Shown piece after piece: positions 19,398 to 38,740 of a DNA stretch of 64,000 nt. Numbering within the stretch: the stretch's first letter is position 1; the number at the start of each line of letters is the position of its first letter. The translations under genes and the position numbers were made by a program. The notes under the pieces were generated by a model. The model had not been told where the DNA came from. It worked only from the letters and a program-made list of their open reading frames with translations, and did no database searches. The stretch lies in NCBI RefSeq assembly GCF_009914755.1, contig NC_060948.1; one strand, given 5' to 3'. This stretch comes from the human T2T-CHM13v2.0 reference genome, Homo sapiens.

Positions 19398-21493
19398 AGA
19401 TCCATATTTTTTAAATGAAAAAAAATTTCAAAGGTACTCTGCTTGGTACAATAATCAAATGTATAAACTGAGGAATAAAACATAACCATGAAACCTACTT
19501 ATAACTGCATATGGAAAATACAGAGGATAATTTTTTAAATAACATATTTTGAAAGCCTTAACTAGTAATTTGAAGAGTTGGCATTTGAAAGGCCAGTATG
19601 AATATACCTTCAAAGCAGCAACACAGGTTCCCCATGAGAAACAGCAAACTCAGGGAAAATAAAACCACAAAGGTTCAAGCTCTTCTGACCTTTGAAAGAC
19701 ACAGCACAGACAGTGGTCCTTAGGACGAAGAGCAGGAGACCCCTAATTCCGTCACCATGGCGATAGGGCATAAACATTGCTGGGTGAGGGCACAATCCAC
19801 ATTGTGAGGTCCAACTGCTGCCAGGAAGACAGGAGTGCTTTTACATAGACCGAAAAGTCATTGAAGGCTCAGAGTTTTGTTTCAAGAACTGAATCCCAAG
19901 CCCACACGTTATTAGGCTGCGCTTCTTAAAACAAGTTATGAGATGGGAAAAAGGGCACCCACAAACATACGTATACATTATGTATATAATAATATACAGT
20001 ATCATATATATAATATATATAACCTATGTATAATATTGTTTTACATCCTGCATCTTATATTATATATATTGTCTAAAATATAATAATTGATAATATATAA
20101 GTTTTATATTTATACAATATGACATATAGTATATATTATAATTTATGACATATATAATATATGTTATATATCATATATAGAATATATTATACGGTTAATA
20201 TACGTATTAAATATAAATTATGCATTATATATATTATATATAATATATCTGTTATATATAATACCCATTATGCATAATATGTATATTATGTCTATGTTAT
20301 ATATAGTATAAAACAACATATAATAATATATAATTGTATATATAAAATGCGACATATAATATATATTATATTTTATGACATATGTAATATATATTATATA
20401 TTATATATAATACGTTGTATGTATAATACCTATATTAAATATATATTATATGACTATGTTATTAATTACATGTCACATGTGTTATATATTATATAATTTA
20501 CATAGAATATACCGGTTACATACAATATATACTATGTTACCTATAATGTATAATTGATTACATGTAAAATAAAGAATGCAATATATTATGTATAATTTAT
20601 AACATACAATATGTGGAATGTGATATATATAACATATAATATATGATATATGATATACAGTATATGATATATAACATACAATATATGATACCTAGTATAT
20701 ATGGTATACAATATATATTTTATGATATGTATTCTATATGTTTTATATTCTGTTATATATAACTATTTGAAATTATATATAACTGTATAATATTTTATGT
20801 AAATATGTAATATAATATATATATCTATATAATATATTATATATAACTATATATTATGTTATATATACTTTTATATCATAATTTACATAAAATGTCATAA
20901 TATAATATATATTATATTATTTCATATTACATAATATGTATTACATATCACCCAATATAAGTAACATACATAATATTATAATATAGATTATATTATATTA
21001 TGTTAAATATCATATATATCATGTATCATATATTCTATAATATATATTATACATTATATAATATGTATGTTGTCTATTATGTGATATATATAACTATATA
21101 TTATTATATTATTATACATATAACTAGATAAACATGTAATTCTACATATTTTCATTTATAATATATAGAATTATATAATCATATATAATTATTTATATTC
21201 TATAAAAAATTATATCATTATATAAATTATAATATAAAAAAATTATAATATGTACTACAAATATATATATTATATATCATATATGATATAGTACCTTTGT
21301 TGTATATCATAACACATATAAATGTGTATTATGTTATCTATAATTATATAATTTCATATATAAGATGTATAATATGTATTATATATTGTATATGTTATGT
21401 AATATATATAGTATATATAAGCTAACACAGGATAAATATTATATACTATGACATATAAAATATATGAGGTTATATGTTACATATAAGGCATAG

Positions 21494-21814
<321 letters not shown>

Positions 21815-23919
21815 AGATCCATATTTTTTAAATGAAAAAAAATTTCAAAGGTACTCTGCTAGGTACAATAATCAAATGTATAAACTGAGGAATAAAACAT
21901 AACCATGAAACCTACTTATAACTGCATATGGAAAATACAGAGGATAATTTTTTAAATAACATATTTTGAAAGCCTTAACTAGTAATTTGAAGAGTTGGCA
22001 TTTGTAAGGCCAGTATGAATATACCTTCAAAGCAGCAACACAGGTTCCCCATGAGAAAAAGCAAACACAGGGAAAATAAAAACACAAAGGTTCAATCTCT
22101 TCTGACCTTTGAAAGACACAGCACAGACAGTGGTCCTTAGGACGAAGAGCAGGAGACCCCTAATTCCGTCACCATGGCGATAGGGCATAAACATTGCTGG
22201 GTGAGGGCACAATCCACATTGTGAGGTCCAACTGCTGCCAGGAAGACAGGAGTGCTTTTACATAGACCGAAAGGTCATTGAAGGCTCAGAGTTTTGTTTC
22301 AAGAACTGAATCCCAAGCCCACACGTTATTAGGCTGCGCTTCTTAAAACAAGTTATGAGATGGGAAAAAGGGCACCCACAAACATACGTATACATTATGT
22401 ATATAATAATATACAGTATCATATATAAAATATGTATAACCTATGTATAATATTGTTTTACATCCTGCATCTTATATTATATATATTGTATAAAATATAA
22501 TAATTGATAATATATAAGTTTTATATTTATACAATATGACATATAGTATATATTATACTTTATGACATATATAATATATGTTATATATCATATATAGAAT
22601 ATATTATACGGTTAATATACGTATTAAATATAAATTATACATTATATATATTATATATAATATATCTGTTATATATAATACCCATTATGCATAATATATA
22701 TATTATGTCTATGTTATACATAGTATAAAACAACATATAATAATATATAATTGTATATATAAAATGCGACATATAATATATATTATATTTTATAACATAT
22801 GTAATATATATTATATATTATATATAATACGTTGTATGTATAATACCTATATTAAATATATATTATATGACTATGTTATTAATTACATGTCACATGTGTT
22901 ATATATTATATATTTTACATAGAATATACCGGTTACATACAATATATACTATGTTACCTATAATGTATAATTTATTACATGTAAAATAAAGAATGCAATA
23001 TATTATGTATAATTTATAATATACAATATGTGGAATGTGATATATATAACATATAATATATGATATATGATATACAGTATATGATATATAACATACAATA
23101 TATGATTCCTAATATATATGGTATACAATATATATTTTATGATATGTATTCTATATGTTTTATATTCTGTTATATATAACTATTTGAAATTATATATAAC
23201 TGTATAATATTTTATGTAAATATGTAATATAATATATATAACTATATAATATATTATATATAACTATATATTATGTTATATATACTTTTATAACATAATT
23301 TACATAAAATATCATAACATAATATATATTATATTATTTCATATTACATAATATATATTACATATCACCCAATATAACTAACATACATAATATTATAATA
23401 TAGATTATATTATGTTATATTAAATATCATATATATCATGTATCATATATTCTATAATATATATTACACATTGTATAATATGTATGTTGTCTATTATGTG
23501 ATATAAATAACTATATATATAATTATATTTTTATACATATAACTAGATAAACATGTAATTCTACATATTTTCATTTATAATATGTAGAATTATATAATCA
23601 TATATAATTATTTATATTCTATAAAAAATTTTATCATTATATAAATTATAATATATAAAAATTATAATATGTACTACAAATATATATATTATATATCATA
23701 TATGCTATAGTACCTTTGTTATATATCATAATACATATAAATGTGTATTATGTTATCTATAGTTATATAATTTCATATATAAGTTGTAAAATATGTATCA
23801 TATATTATATATGTTATGTAATATATATAGTATATATAAGATGACACAGGATAAATATTATATACTATGACATATAAAATATATGAGGTTATATGTTACA
23901 TATAAGGCATAGCACATAA

Positions 23920-24234
<315 letters not shown>

Positions 24235-26362
24235 AGATCCATATTTTTTAAATGAAAAAAAATTTCAAAGGTACTCTGCTTGGTACAATAATCAAATGTA
24301 TAAACTGAGGAATAAAACATAACCATGTAACCTACTTATAACTGCATATGGAAAATACAGAGGATAATTTTTTAAATAACGTATTTTGAAAGCCTTAACT
24401 AGTAATTTGAAGAGCTGGCATTTGAAAGGCCAGTATGAATATACCTTCAAAGCAGCAACACAGGTTCCCCATGAGAAAAAGCAAACACAGGGAAAATAAA
24501 AACACAAAGGTTCAATCTCTTCTGACCTTTGAAAGACACAGCACAGACAGTGGTCCTTAGGACGAAGAGCAGGAGACCCCTAATTCCGTCACCATGGCGA
24601 TAGGGCATAAACATTGCTGGGTGAGGGCACAATCCACATTGTGAGGTCCAACTGCTGCCAGGAAGACAGGAGTGCTTTTACATAGACCGAAAGGTCATTG
24701 AAGGCTCAGAGTTTTGTTTCAAGAACTGAATCCCAAGCCCACACGTTATTAGGCTGCGCTTCTTTAAACAAGTTATGAGATGGGAAAAAGGGCACCCACA
24801 AACATACGTATACATTATGTATATAATAATATACAGTATCGTATATATAATATATATAACCTATGTATAATATTGTTTTACATCCTGCGTCTTATGTTAT
24901 ATATATTGTATAAAATATAATAATTGATAATATATAAGTTTTATATTTATACAATATGACATATAGTATATATTGTAATTTATGACATATATAATATATG
25001 TTATATATCATATATAGAATATATTATACGGTTAATATACGTATTAAATATAAATTATACATTATATATATTATATATAATATATCTGTTATATATAATA
25101 CCCATTATGCATAATATATATATTATGTCTATGTTATATATAGTATAAAACAACATATAATAATATATAATTGTATATATAAAATGTGACATATAATATA
25201 TATTATATTTTATAACATATGTAATATATATTATATATTATATATAATACGTTGTATGTATAATACCTATATTAAATATATATTATATGACTATGTTATT
25301 AATTACATGTCACATGTGTTATATATTATATATTTTACATAGAATATACCGGTTACATACAATATATACTATGTTACCTATAATGTATAATTTATTACAT
25401 GTAAAATAAAGAATGCAATATATTATGTATAATTTATAATATACAATATGTGGAATGTGTTATATATAACATATAATATATGATATATGATATACAGTAT
25501 ATGATATATAACATACAATATATGATTCCTAATATATATGGTATACAATATATATTTTATGATATGTATTCTATATGTTTTATATTCTGTTATATATAAC
25601 TATTTGAAATTATATATAACTGTATAATATTTTATGTAAATATGTAATATAATATATATAACTATATAATATATTATATATAACTATATATTATGTTATA
25701 TATACTTTTATAACATAATTTACATAAAATATCATAACATAATATATATTATATTATTTCATATTACATAATATATATTACATATCACCCAATATAACTA
25801 ACATACATAATATTATAATATAGATTATATTATGTTATATTAAATATCATATATATCATGTATCATATATTCTATAATATATATTACACATTATATAATA
25901 TGTATGTTGTCTATTATGTGATATATATAACTATATATATAATTATATTTTTATACATATAACTAGATAAACATGTAATTCTACATATTTTCATTTATAA
26001 TATGTGGAATTATATAATCATATATAATTATTTATATTCTATAAAAAATTTTATCATTATATAAATTATAATATATAAAAATTATAATATGTACTACAAA
26101 TATATATATTATATATCATATATGCTATAGTACCTTTGTTATATATCATAATACATATAAATGTGTATTATGTTATCTATAATTATATAATTTCATATAT
26201 AAGTTGTATAATATGTATCATATATTATATATGTTATGTAATATATATAGTATATATAAGATGACACAGGATAAATATTATATACTATGACATATAAAAT
26301 ATATGAGGTTATATGTTACATATAAGGCATAGCACATAACATGTAATATATATCATATATAA

Positions 26363-26654
26363 TTTTTTTTTAGACAGAATCTTGTCCTGTTGCACAGGGT
26401 GGGGTACAATGGCGCCATCTTTGCTCACTGCAAATTCTGCCTCACGGGTCCAAGCGATTGTCCTCCCTCAGCCTCCCAGGTAGCTGGGACTACACCACAC
26501 TGGGACTACACCAGCTGCCACCATGCCTAGCTAATTTTTTGGATTTTTAGTAGTGACAGCGTTTCACTGTATTGGCCAGGATGGTCTTGATCTCTTCACC
26601 TTGTGATCCCCTTGCCTTAGCCTCCAAATTTGCTGGGATTACAGGCCTGAGCCA
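26363..26654 (-). mobile_element. Diverged Alu (type B)
   Basis: Same motifs. Confidence 0.93.
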
Positions 26655-28759
26655 AGATCCATATTTTTTAAATGAAAAAAAATTTCAAAGGTACTCTGCT
26701 TGGTACAATAATCAAATGTATAAACTGAGGAATAAAACATAACCATGTAACCTACTTATAACTGCATATGGAAAATACAGAGGATAATTTTTTAAATAAC
26801 ATATTTTGAAAGCCTTAACTAGTAATTTGAAGAGCTGGCATTTGAAAGGCCAGTATGAATATACCTTCAAAGCAGCAACACAGGTTCCCCATGAGAAAAA
26901 GCAAACACAGGGAAAATAAAAACACAAAGGTTCAATCTCTTCTGACCTTTGAAAGACACAGCACAGACAGTGGTCCTTAGGACGAAGAGCAGGAGACCCC
27001 TAATTCCGTCACCATGGCGATAGGGCATAAACATTGCTGGGTGAGGGCACAATCCACATTGTGAGGTCCAACTGCTGCCAGGAAGACAGGAGTGCTTTTA
27101 CATAGACCGAAAGGTCATTGAAGGCTCAGAGTTTTGTTTCAAGAACTGAATCCCAAGCCCACACGTTATTAGGCTGCACTTCTTTAAACAAGTTATGAGA
27201 TGGGAAAAAGGGCACCCACAAACATACGTATACATTATGTATATAATAATATACAGTATCATATATATAATATATATAACCTATGTATAATATTGTTTTA
27301 CATCCTGCATCTTATGTTATATATATTGTATAAAATATAATAATTGATAATATATAAGTTTTATATTTATACAATATGACATATAGTATATATTGTAATT
27401 TATGACATATATAATATATGTTATATATCATATATAGAATATATTATACGGTTAATATACGTATTAAATATAAATTATACATTATATATATTATATATAA
27501 TATATCTGTTATATATAATACCCATTATGCATAATATATATATTATGTCTATGTTATATATAGTATAAAACAACATATAATAATATATAATTGTATATAT
27601 AAAATGCGACATATAATATATATTATATTTTATAACATATGTAATATATATTATATATTATATATAATACGTTGTATGTATAATACCTATATTAAATATA
27701 TATTATATGACTATGTTATTAATTACATGTCACATGTGTTATATATTATATATTTTACATAGAATATACCGGTTACATACAATATATACTATGTTACCTA
27801 TAATGTATAATTTATTACATGTAAAATAAAGAATGCAATATATTATGTATAATTTATAATATACAATATGTGGAATGTGATATATATAACATATAATATA
27901 TGATATATGATATACAGTATATGATATATAACATACAATATATGATTCCTAATATATATGGTATACAATATATATTTTATGATATGTATTCTATATGTTT
28001 TATATTCTGTTATATATAACTATTTGAAATTATATATAACTGTATAATATTTTATGTAAATATGTAATATAATATATATAACTATATAATATATTATATA
28101 TAACTATATATTATGTTATATATACTTTTATAACATAATTTACATAAAATATCATAACATAATATATATTATATTATTTCATATTACATAATATATATTA
28201 CATATCACCCAATATAAGTAACATACATAATATTATAATATAGATTATATTATGTTATATTAAATATCATATATATCATGTATCATATATTCTATAATAT
28301 ATATTACACATTATATAATATGTATGTTGTCTATTATGTGATATATATAACTATATATATAATTATATTTTTATACATATAACTAGATAAACATGTAATT
28401 CTACATATTTTCATTTATAATATGTAGAATTATATAATCATATATAATTATTTATATTCTATAAAAAATTTTATCATTATATAAATTATAATATATAAAA
28501 ATTATAATATGTACTACAAATATATATATTATATATCATATATGCTATAGTACCTTTGTTATATATCATAATACATATAAATGTGTATTATGTTATCTAT
28601 AATTATATAATTTCATATATAAGTTGTATAATATGTATCATATATTATATATGTTATGTAATATATATAGTATATATAAGATGACACAGGATAAATATTA
28701 TATACTATGACATATAAAATATATGAGGTTATATGTTACATATAAGGCATAGCACATAA

Positions 28760-29074
<315 letters not shown>

Positions 29075-31178
29075 AGATCCATATTTTTTAAATGAAAAAA
29101 AATTTCAAAGGTACTCTGCTTGGTACAATAATCAAATGTATAAACTGAGGAATAAAACATAACCATGAAACCTACTTATAACTGCATATGGAAAATACAG
29201 AGGATAATTTTTTAAATAATATATTTTGAAAGCCTTAACTAGTAATTTGAAGAGCTGGCATTTGAAAGACCAGTATGAATATACCTTCAAAGCAGCAACA
29301 CAGGTTCCCCATGAGAAAAAGCAAACACAGGGAAAATAAAAACACAAAGGTTCAATCTCTTCTGACCTTTGAAAGACACAGCACAGACAGTGGTCCTTAG
29401 GACGAAGAGCAGGAGACCCCTAATTCCGTCACCATGGCGATAGGGCGTAAACATTGCTGGGTGAGGGCACAATCCACATTGTGAGGTCCAACTGCTGCCA
29501 GGAAGACAGGAGTGCTTTTACATAGACCGAAAGGTCATGAAGGCTCAGAGTTTTGTTTCAAGAACTGAATCCCAAGCCCAAACGTTATTAGGCTGCGCTT
29601 CTTTAAACAAGTTATGAGATGGGAAAAAGGGCACCCACAAACATACGTATACATTATGTATATAATAATATACAGTATCATATATATAATATATATAACC
29701 TATGTATAATATTGTTTTACATCCTGCATCTTATGTTATATATATTGTATAAAATATAATAATTGATAATATATAAGTTTTATATTTATACAATATGACA
29801 TATAGTATATATTATAATTTATGACATATATAATATATGTTATATATCATATATAGAATATATTATACGGTTAATATACGTATTAAATATAAATTATACA
29901 TTATATATATTATATATAATATATCTGTTATATATAATACCCATTATGCATAATATATATATTATGTCTATGTTATATATAGTATAAAACAACACATAAT
30001 AATATATAATTGTATATATAAAATGCGACATATAATATATATTATATTTTATAACATATATAATATATATTATATATTATATATAATACGTTGTATGTAT
30101 AATACCTATATTAAATATATATTATATGACTATGTTATTAATTACATGTCACATGTGTTATATATTATTTATTTTACATAGAATATACCGGTTACATACA
30201 ATATATACTATGTTACCTATAATGTATAATTTATTACATGTAAAATAAATAATGCAATATATTATGTATAATTTATAATATACAATATGTGGAATGTGAT
30301 ATATATAACATATAATATATGATATATGATATACAGTATATGATATATAACATACAATATATGATTCCTAATATATATGGTATACAATATATATTTTATG
30401 ATATGTATTCTATATGTTTTATATTCTGTTATATATAACTATTTGAAATTATATATAACTGTATAATATTTTATGTAAATATGTAATATAATATATATAA
30501 CTATATAATATATTATATATAACTATATATTATGTTATATATACTTTTATAACATAATTTACATAAAATATCATAACATAATATATATTATATTATTTCA
30601 TATTACATAATATATATTACATATCACCCAATATAACTAACATACATAATATTATAATATAGATTATATTATGTTATATTAAATATCATATATATCATGT
30701 ATCATATATTCTATAATATATATTACACATTATATAATACGTATGTTGTCTATTATGTGATATATATAACTATATATATAATTATATTTTTATACATATA
30801 ACTAGATAAACATGTAATTCTACATATTTTCATTTATAATATGTCGAATTATATAATCATATATAATTATTTATATTCTATAAAAAATTTTATCATTATA
30901 TAAATTATAATATATAAAAATTGTAATATGTACTACAAATATATATATTATATATCATATATGCTATAGTACATTTGTTATATATCATAATACATATAAA
31001 TGTGTATTATGTTATCTATAATTATATAATTTCATATATAAGTTGTATAATATGTATCATATATTATATATGTTATGTAATATATATAGTATATATAAGA
31101 TGACACAGGATAAATATTATATACTATGACATATAAAATATATGAGGTTATATGTTACATATAAGGCATAGCACATAA

Positions 31179-31493
<315 letters not shown>

Positions 31494-33591
31494 AGATCCA
31501 TATTTTTTAAATGAAAAAAAATTTCAAAGGTACTCTGCTTGGTACAATAATCAAATGTATAAACTGAGGAATAAAACATAACCATGAAACCTACTTATAA
31601 CTGCATATGGAAAATACAGAGGATAATTTTTTAAATAACATATTTTGAAAGCCTTAACTAGTAATTTGAACAGCTGGCATTTGAAAGGCCAGTATGAATA
31701 TACCTTCAAAGCAGCAACAGAGGATCCCCATGAGAAAAAGCAAACACAGGGAAAGTAAAAACACAAAGGTTCAATCTCTTGTGACCTTTGAAAGACACAG
31801 CACAGACAGTGGTCCTTAGGACGAAGAGCAGGAGACCCCTAATTCCGTCACCATGGCGATAGGGCATAAACATTGCTGGGTGAGGGCACAATCCACATTG
31901 TGAGGTCCAACTGCTGCCAGGAAGACAGGAGTGCTTTTACATAGACCGAAAGGTCATTGAAGGCTCAGAGTTTTGTTTCAAGAACTGAATCCCAAGCCCA
32001 CACGTTATTAGGCTGCGCTTCTTAAAACAAGTTATGAGATGGGAAAAAGGGCACCCACAAACATACGTATACGTTATGTATATAATAATATACAGTATCA
32101 TATATATAATATATATAACCTATGTATAATATTGTTTTACATCCTGCATCTTATGTTATATATATTGTATAAAATATAATAATTGATAATATATAAGTTT
32201 TATAATTATACAGTAAGACATATAGTATATATTATAATTTATGACATATGTAATATATGTTATATGTCATATATAGAATATATTATACGGTTAATATACG
32301 TATTAAATATAAATTATACATTATATATATTATATATAATATATCTGTTATATATAATACCCATTATGCATAATATATATATTATGTCTATGTTATATAT
32401 AGTATAAAACAACATATAATAATATATAATTGTATATATAAAATGCGACATATAATATATATTATATTTTATAACATATGTAATATATATTATATATAAT
32501 ACGTTGTATGTATAATACCTATATTAAATATATATTATATGACTATGTTATTAATTACATGTCACATGTGTTATATATTATATATTTTACATAGAATATA
32601 CCGGTTACATACAATATATACTATGTTACCTATAATGTATAATTTATTACATGTAAAATAAATAATGCAATATATTATGTATAATTTATAATATACAATA
32701 TGTGGAATGTGATATATATAACATATAATATATGATATATGATATACAGTATATGATATATAACATACAATATATGATTCCTAATATATATGGTATACAA
32801 TATATATTTTATGATATGTATTCTATACGTTTTATATTCTGTTATATATAACTATTTGAAATTATATATAACTGTATAATATTTTATGTAAATATGTAAT
32901 ATAATATATATAACTATATAATATATTATATATAACTATATATTATGTTATATATACTTTTATAACATAATTTACATAAAATATCATAATATAATATATA
33001 TTATATTATTTCATATTACATAATATATATTACATATCACCCAATATAACTAACATACATAATATTATAATATAGATTATATTGTGTTATATTAAATATC
33101 ATATATATCATGTATCATATATTCTATAATATATAATACACATTATATAATATGTATGTTGTCTATTATGTGATATATATAACTATATATATAATTATAT
33201 TTTTATACATATAACTAGATAAACATGTAATTCTACATATTTTCATTTATAATATGTAGAATTATATAATCATATATAATTATTTATATTCTATAAAAAA
33301 TTTTATCATTATATAAATTATAATATATAAAAATTATAATATGTACTACAAATATATATATTATATATCATATATGCTATAGTACCTTTGTTATATATCA
33401 TAATACATATAAATGTGTATTATGTTATCTATAATTATATAATTTCATATATAAGTTGTATAATATGTATCATATATTATATATGTTATGTAATATATAT
33501 AGTATATATAAGATGACACAGGATAAATATTATATACTATGACATATAAAATATATGAGGTTATATGTTACATATAAGGCATAGCACATAA

Positions 33592-33906
<315 letters not shown>

Positions 33907-36000
33907 AGATCCATATTTTTTAAATGAAAAAAAATTTCAAAGGTACTCTGCTTGGTACAATAATCAAATGTATAAACTGAGGAATAAAACATAACCATGA
34001 AACCTACTTATAACTGCGTATGGAAAATACAGAGGATAATTTTTTAAATAATATATTTTGAAAGCCTTAACTAGTAATTTGAAGAGCTGGCATTTGAAAG
34101 ACCAGTATGAATATACCTTCAAAGCAGCAACACAGGTTCCCCATGAGAAAAAGCAAACACAGGGAAAATAAAAACACAATGGTTCAATCTCTTCTGACCT
34201 TTGAAAGACACAGCACAGACAGTGGTCCTTAGGACGAAGAGCAGGAGACCCCTAATTCCGTCACCATGGCGATAGGGCGTAAACATTGCTGGGTGAGTGC
34301 ACAATCCACATTGTGAGGTCCAACTGCTGCCAGGAAGACAGGAGTGCTTTTACATAGACCGAAAGGTCATTGAAGGCTCAGAGTTTTGTTTCAAGAACTG
34401 AATCCCAAGCCCAAACGTTATTAGGCTGCGCTTCTTTAAACAAGTTATGAGATGGGAAAAAGGGCAACCAGAAACATACGTATACATTATGTATATAATA
34501 ATATACAGTATCATATATATAATATATATAACCTATGTATAATATTGTTTTACATCCTGCATCTTATGTTATATATATTGTATAAAGTATAATAATTGAT
34601 AATATATAATTTTATAACTATACAATATGACATATAGTATATATTATAATTTATGACATATATAATATATGTTATATGTCATATATAGAATATATTATAC
34701 GGTTAATATACGTATTAAATATAAATTATACATTATATATATTATATATAATATATCTGTTATATATAATACCCATTATGCATAATATATATATTATGTC
34801 TATGTTATATATAGTATAAAACAACATATAATAATATATAATTGTATATATAAAATGCGACATATAATATATATTATATTTTATGACATATGTAATATAT
34901 ATTATATATTATATATAATACGTTGTATGTATAATACCTATATTAAATATATATTATATGACTATGTTATTAATTACATGTCACATATGTTATATATTAC
35001 ATATTTTACATAGAATATACCGGTTACATGCAATATATACTATGTTACCTATAATGTATAATTGATTACATGTAAAATAAAGAATGCAATATATTATGTA
35101 TAATTTATAATATACAATATGTGGAATGTGAGATATATAACATATAATATATGATATATGATATACAGTATATGATATATAACATACAATATATGATACC
35201 TAATATATATGGTATACAATATATATTTTATGATATGTATTCTATATGTTTTATATTCTGTTATATATAACTATTTGAAATTATATATAACTGTATAATA
35301 TTTTATGTAAATATGTAATATAATATATATAACTACATAATATATTATATATAACTATATATTATGTTATATATACTTTTATATCATAATTTACATAAAA
35401 TGTCATAATATAATATATATTATATTATTTCATATTACATAATATATATTACATATCACCCAATATAAGTAACATTCATAATATTATAATATAGATTATA
35501 TTATGTTATGTTAAATATCATATATATCATGTATCATATATTCTATAATTTATATTATACATTATATAATATGTATGTTGACTATTATGTGATATATATA
35601 ACTATATATTATTATATTATTATACATATAACTAGATAAACATGTAATTCTACATATTTTCATTTATAATATATAGAATTATATAATCATATACAATTAT
35701 TTATATTCTATAAAAAATTATATCATTATATAAATTATAATATAAAAAAATATAATATGTACTACAAATATATATATTATATATCATATATGATATAGTA
35801 CCTTTGTTATATATCATAATACATATAAATGTGTATTATGTTATCTATAATTATATAATTTCATATATAAGATGTATAATATGTATTATATATTGTATAT
35901 GTTATGTAATATATATAGTATATATAAGCTGACACAGGATAAATATTATATACTATGACATATAAAATATATGAGGTTATATGTTACATATAAGGCATAG

Positions 36001-36321
<321 letters not shown>

Positions 36322-38433
36322 AGATCCATATTTTGTAAATGAAAAACAATTTCAAAGGTACTCTGCTTGGTACAATAATCAAATGTATAAACTGAGGAAT
36401 AAAACATAACCATGAAACCTACTTATAACTGCATATGGAAAATACAGAGGATAATTTCTTAAATAACATATTTTGAAAGCCTTAACTAGTAATTTGAAGA
36501 GTTGGCATTTGAAAGGCCAGTATGAATATACCTTCAAAGCAGCAACACAGGTTCCCCATGAGAAAAAGCAAACTCAGGGAAAATAAAACCACAAAGGTTC
36601 AATCTCTTCTGACCTTTGAAAGACACAGCACAGACAGTGGTCCTTAGGACGAAGAGCAGGAGACCCCTAATTCCGTCACCATGTCGATAGGGCATAAACA
36701 TTGCTGGGTGAGGGCACAATCCACATTGTGAGGTCCAACTGCTGCCAGGAAGACAGGAGTGCTTTTACATAGACCGAAAGGTCATTGAAGGCTCAGAGTT
36801 TTGTTTCAAGAACTGAATCCCAAGCCCACACGTTATTAGGCTGCGCTTCTTAAAACAAGTTATGAGATGGGAAAAAGGGCACCCACAAACATACGTATAC
36901 ATTATGTATATAATAATATACAGTATCATATATAAAATATGTATAACCTATGTATAATATTGTTTTACATCCTGCATCTTATATTATATATATTGTATAA
37001 AATATATTAATTGATAATATATAAGATTTATATTTATACAATATGACATATAGTATATATTATAATTTATGACATATATAATATATGTTACATATCATAT
37101 ATAGAATATATTATACGGTTAATATACGTATTAAATATAAATTATACATTATATATATTATATAAAATATATCTGTTATATATAATACCCATTATGCATA
37201 ATATATATATTATGTCTATGTTATATATAGTATAAAACAACATATAATAATATATAATTGTATATATAAAATGCGACATATAATATATATTATATTTTAT
37301 GACATATGTAATATATATTATATATTATATATAATACGTTGTATGTATAATACCTATATTAAATATATATTATATGACTATGTTATTAATTACATGTCAC
37401 ATATGTTATATATTATATATTTTACATAGAATATACCGGTTACATACAATATATACTATGTTACCTATAATGTATAATTGATTACATGTAAAATAAAGAA
37501 TGCAATATATTATGTATAATTTATAATATACAATATGTGGAATGTGATATATATAACATATAATATATGATATATGATATACAGTATATGATATATAACA
37601 TACAATATATGATACCTAATATATATTGTATACAATATATATTTTATCATATGTATTCTCTATGTTTTATATTCTGTTATATATAACTATTTGAAATTAT
37701 ATATAACTCTATAATATTTTATGTAAATATGTAATATAATATATATAAATATATAATATATTATATATAACTATATATTATGTTATATATAATTTTATAA
37801 CATAATTTACATAAAATGTCATAATATAATATATATTATATTATTTCACATTACATAATATATATTACATATCACCCAATATAAGTAACATACATAATAT
37901 TATAATATAGATTATATTATGTTATATTAAATATCATATATATCATGTATCATATATTCTATAATATATTTTACACATTATATAATATGTATGTTGTCTA
38001 TTTTGTGATATATAAAACTATATATATAATTATATTATTATACATATAACTAGGTAAACATGTAATTCTACATATTTTCATTTGTAATATATAGAATTAT
38101 ATAATCATATATAATTATTTATATTCTATAAAAAATTATATCATTATATAAATTATAATATAAAAAAATTATAATATGTACTACAAATATATATATTATA
38201 TATCATATATGATATAGTACCTTTGTTATATATCATAATACATATAAATGTGTATAATGTTATCTATAATTATATAATTTCATATATAAGATGTATAATA
38301 TGTATTATATATTGTCTATGTTATGTAATATATATAGTATATGTAAGCTGACACAGGATAAATATTATATACTATGACATATAAAATATATGAGGTTATA
38401 TGTTACATATAAGGCATAGCACATAACATGTAA

Positions 38434-38740
<307 letters not shown>

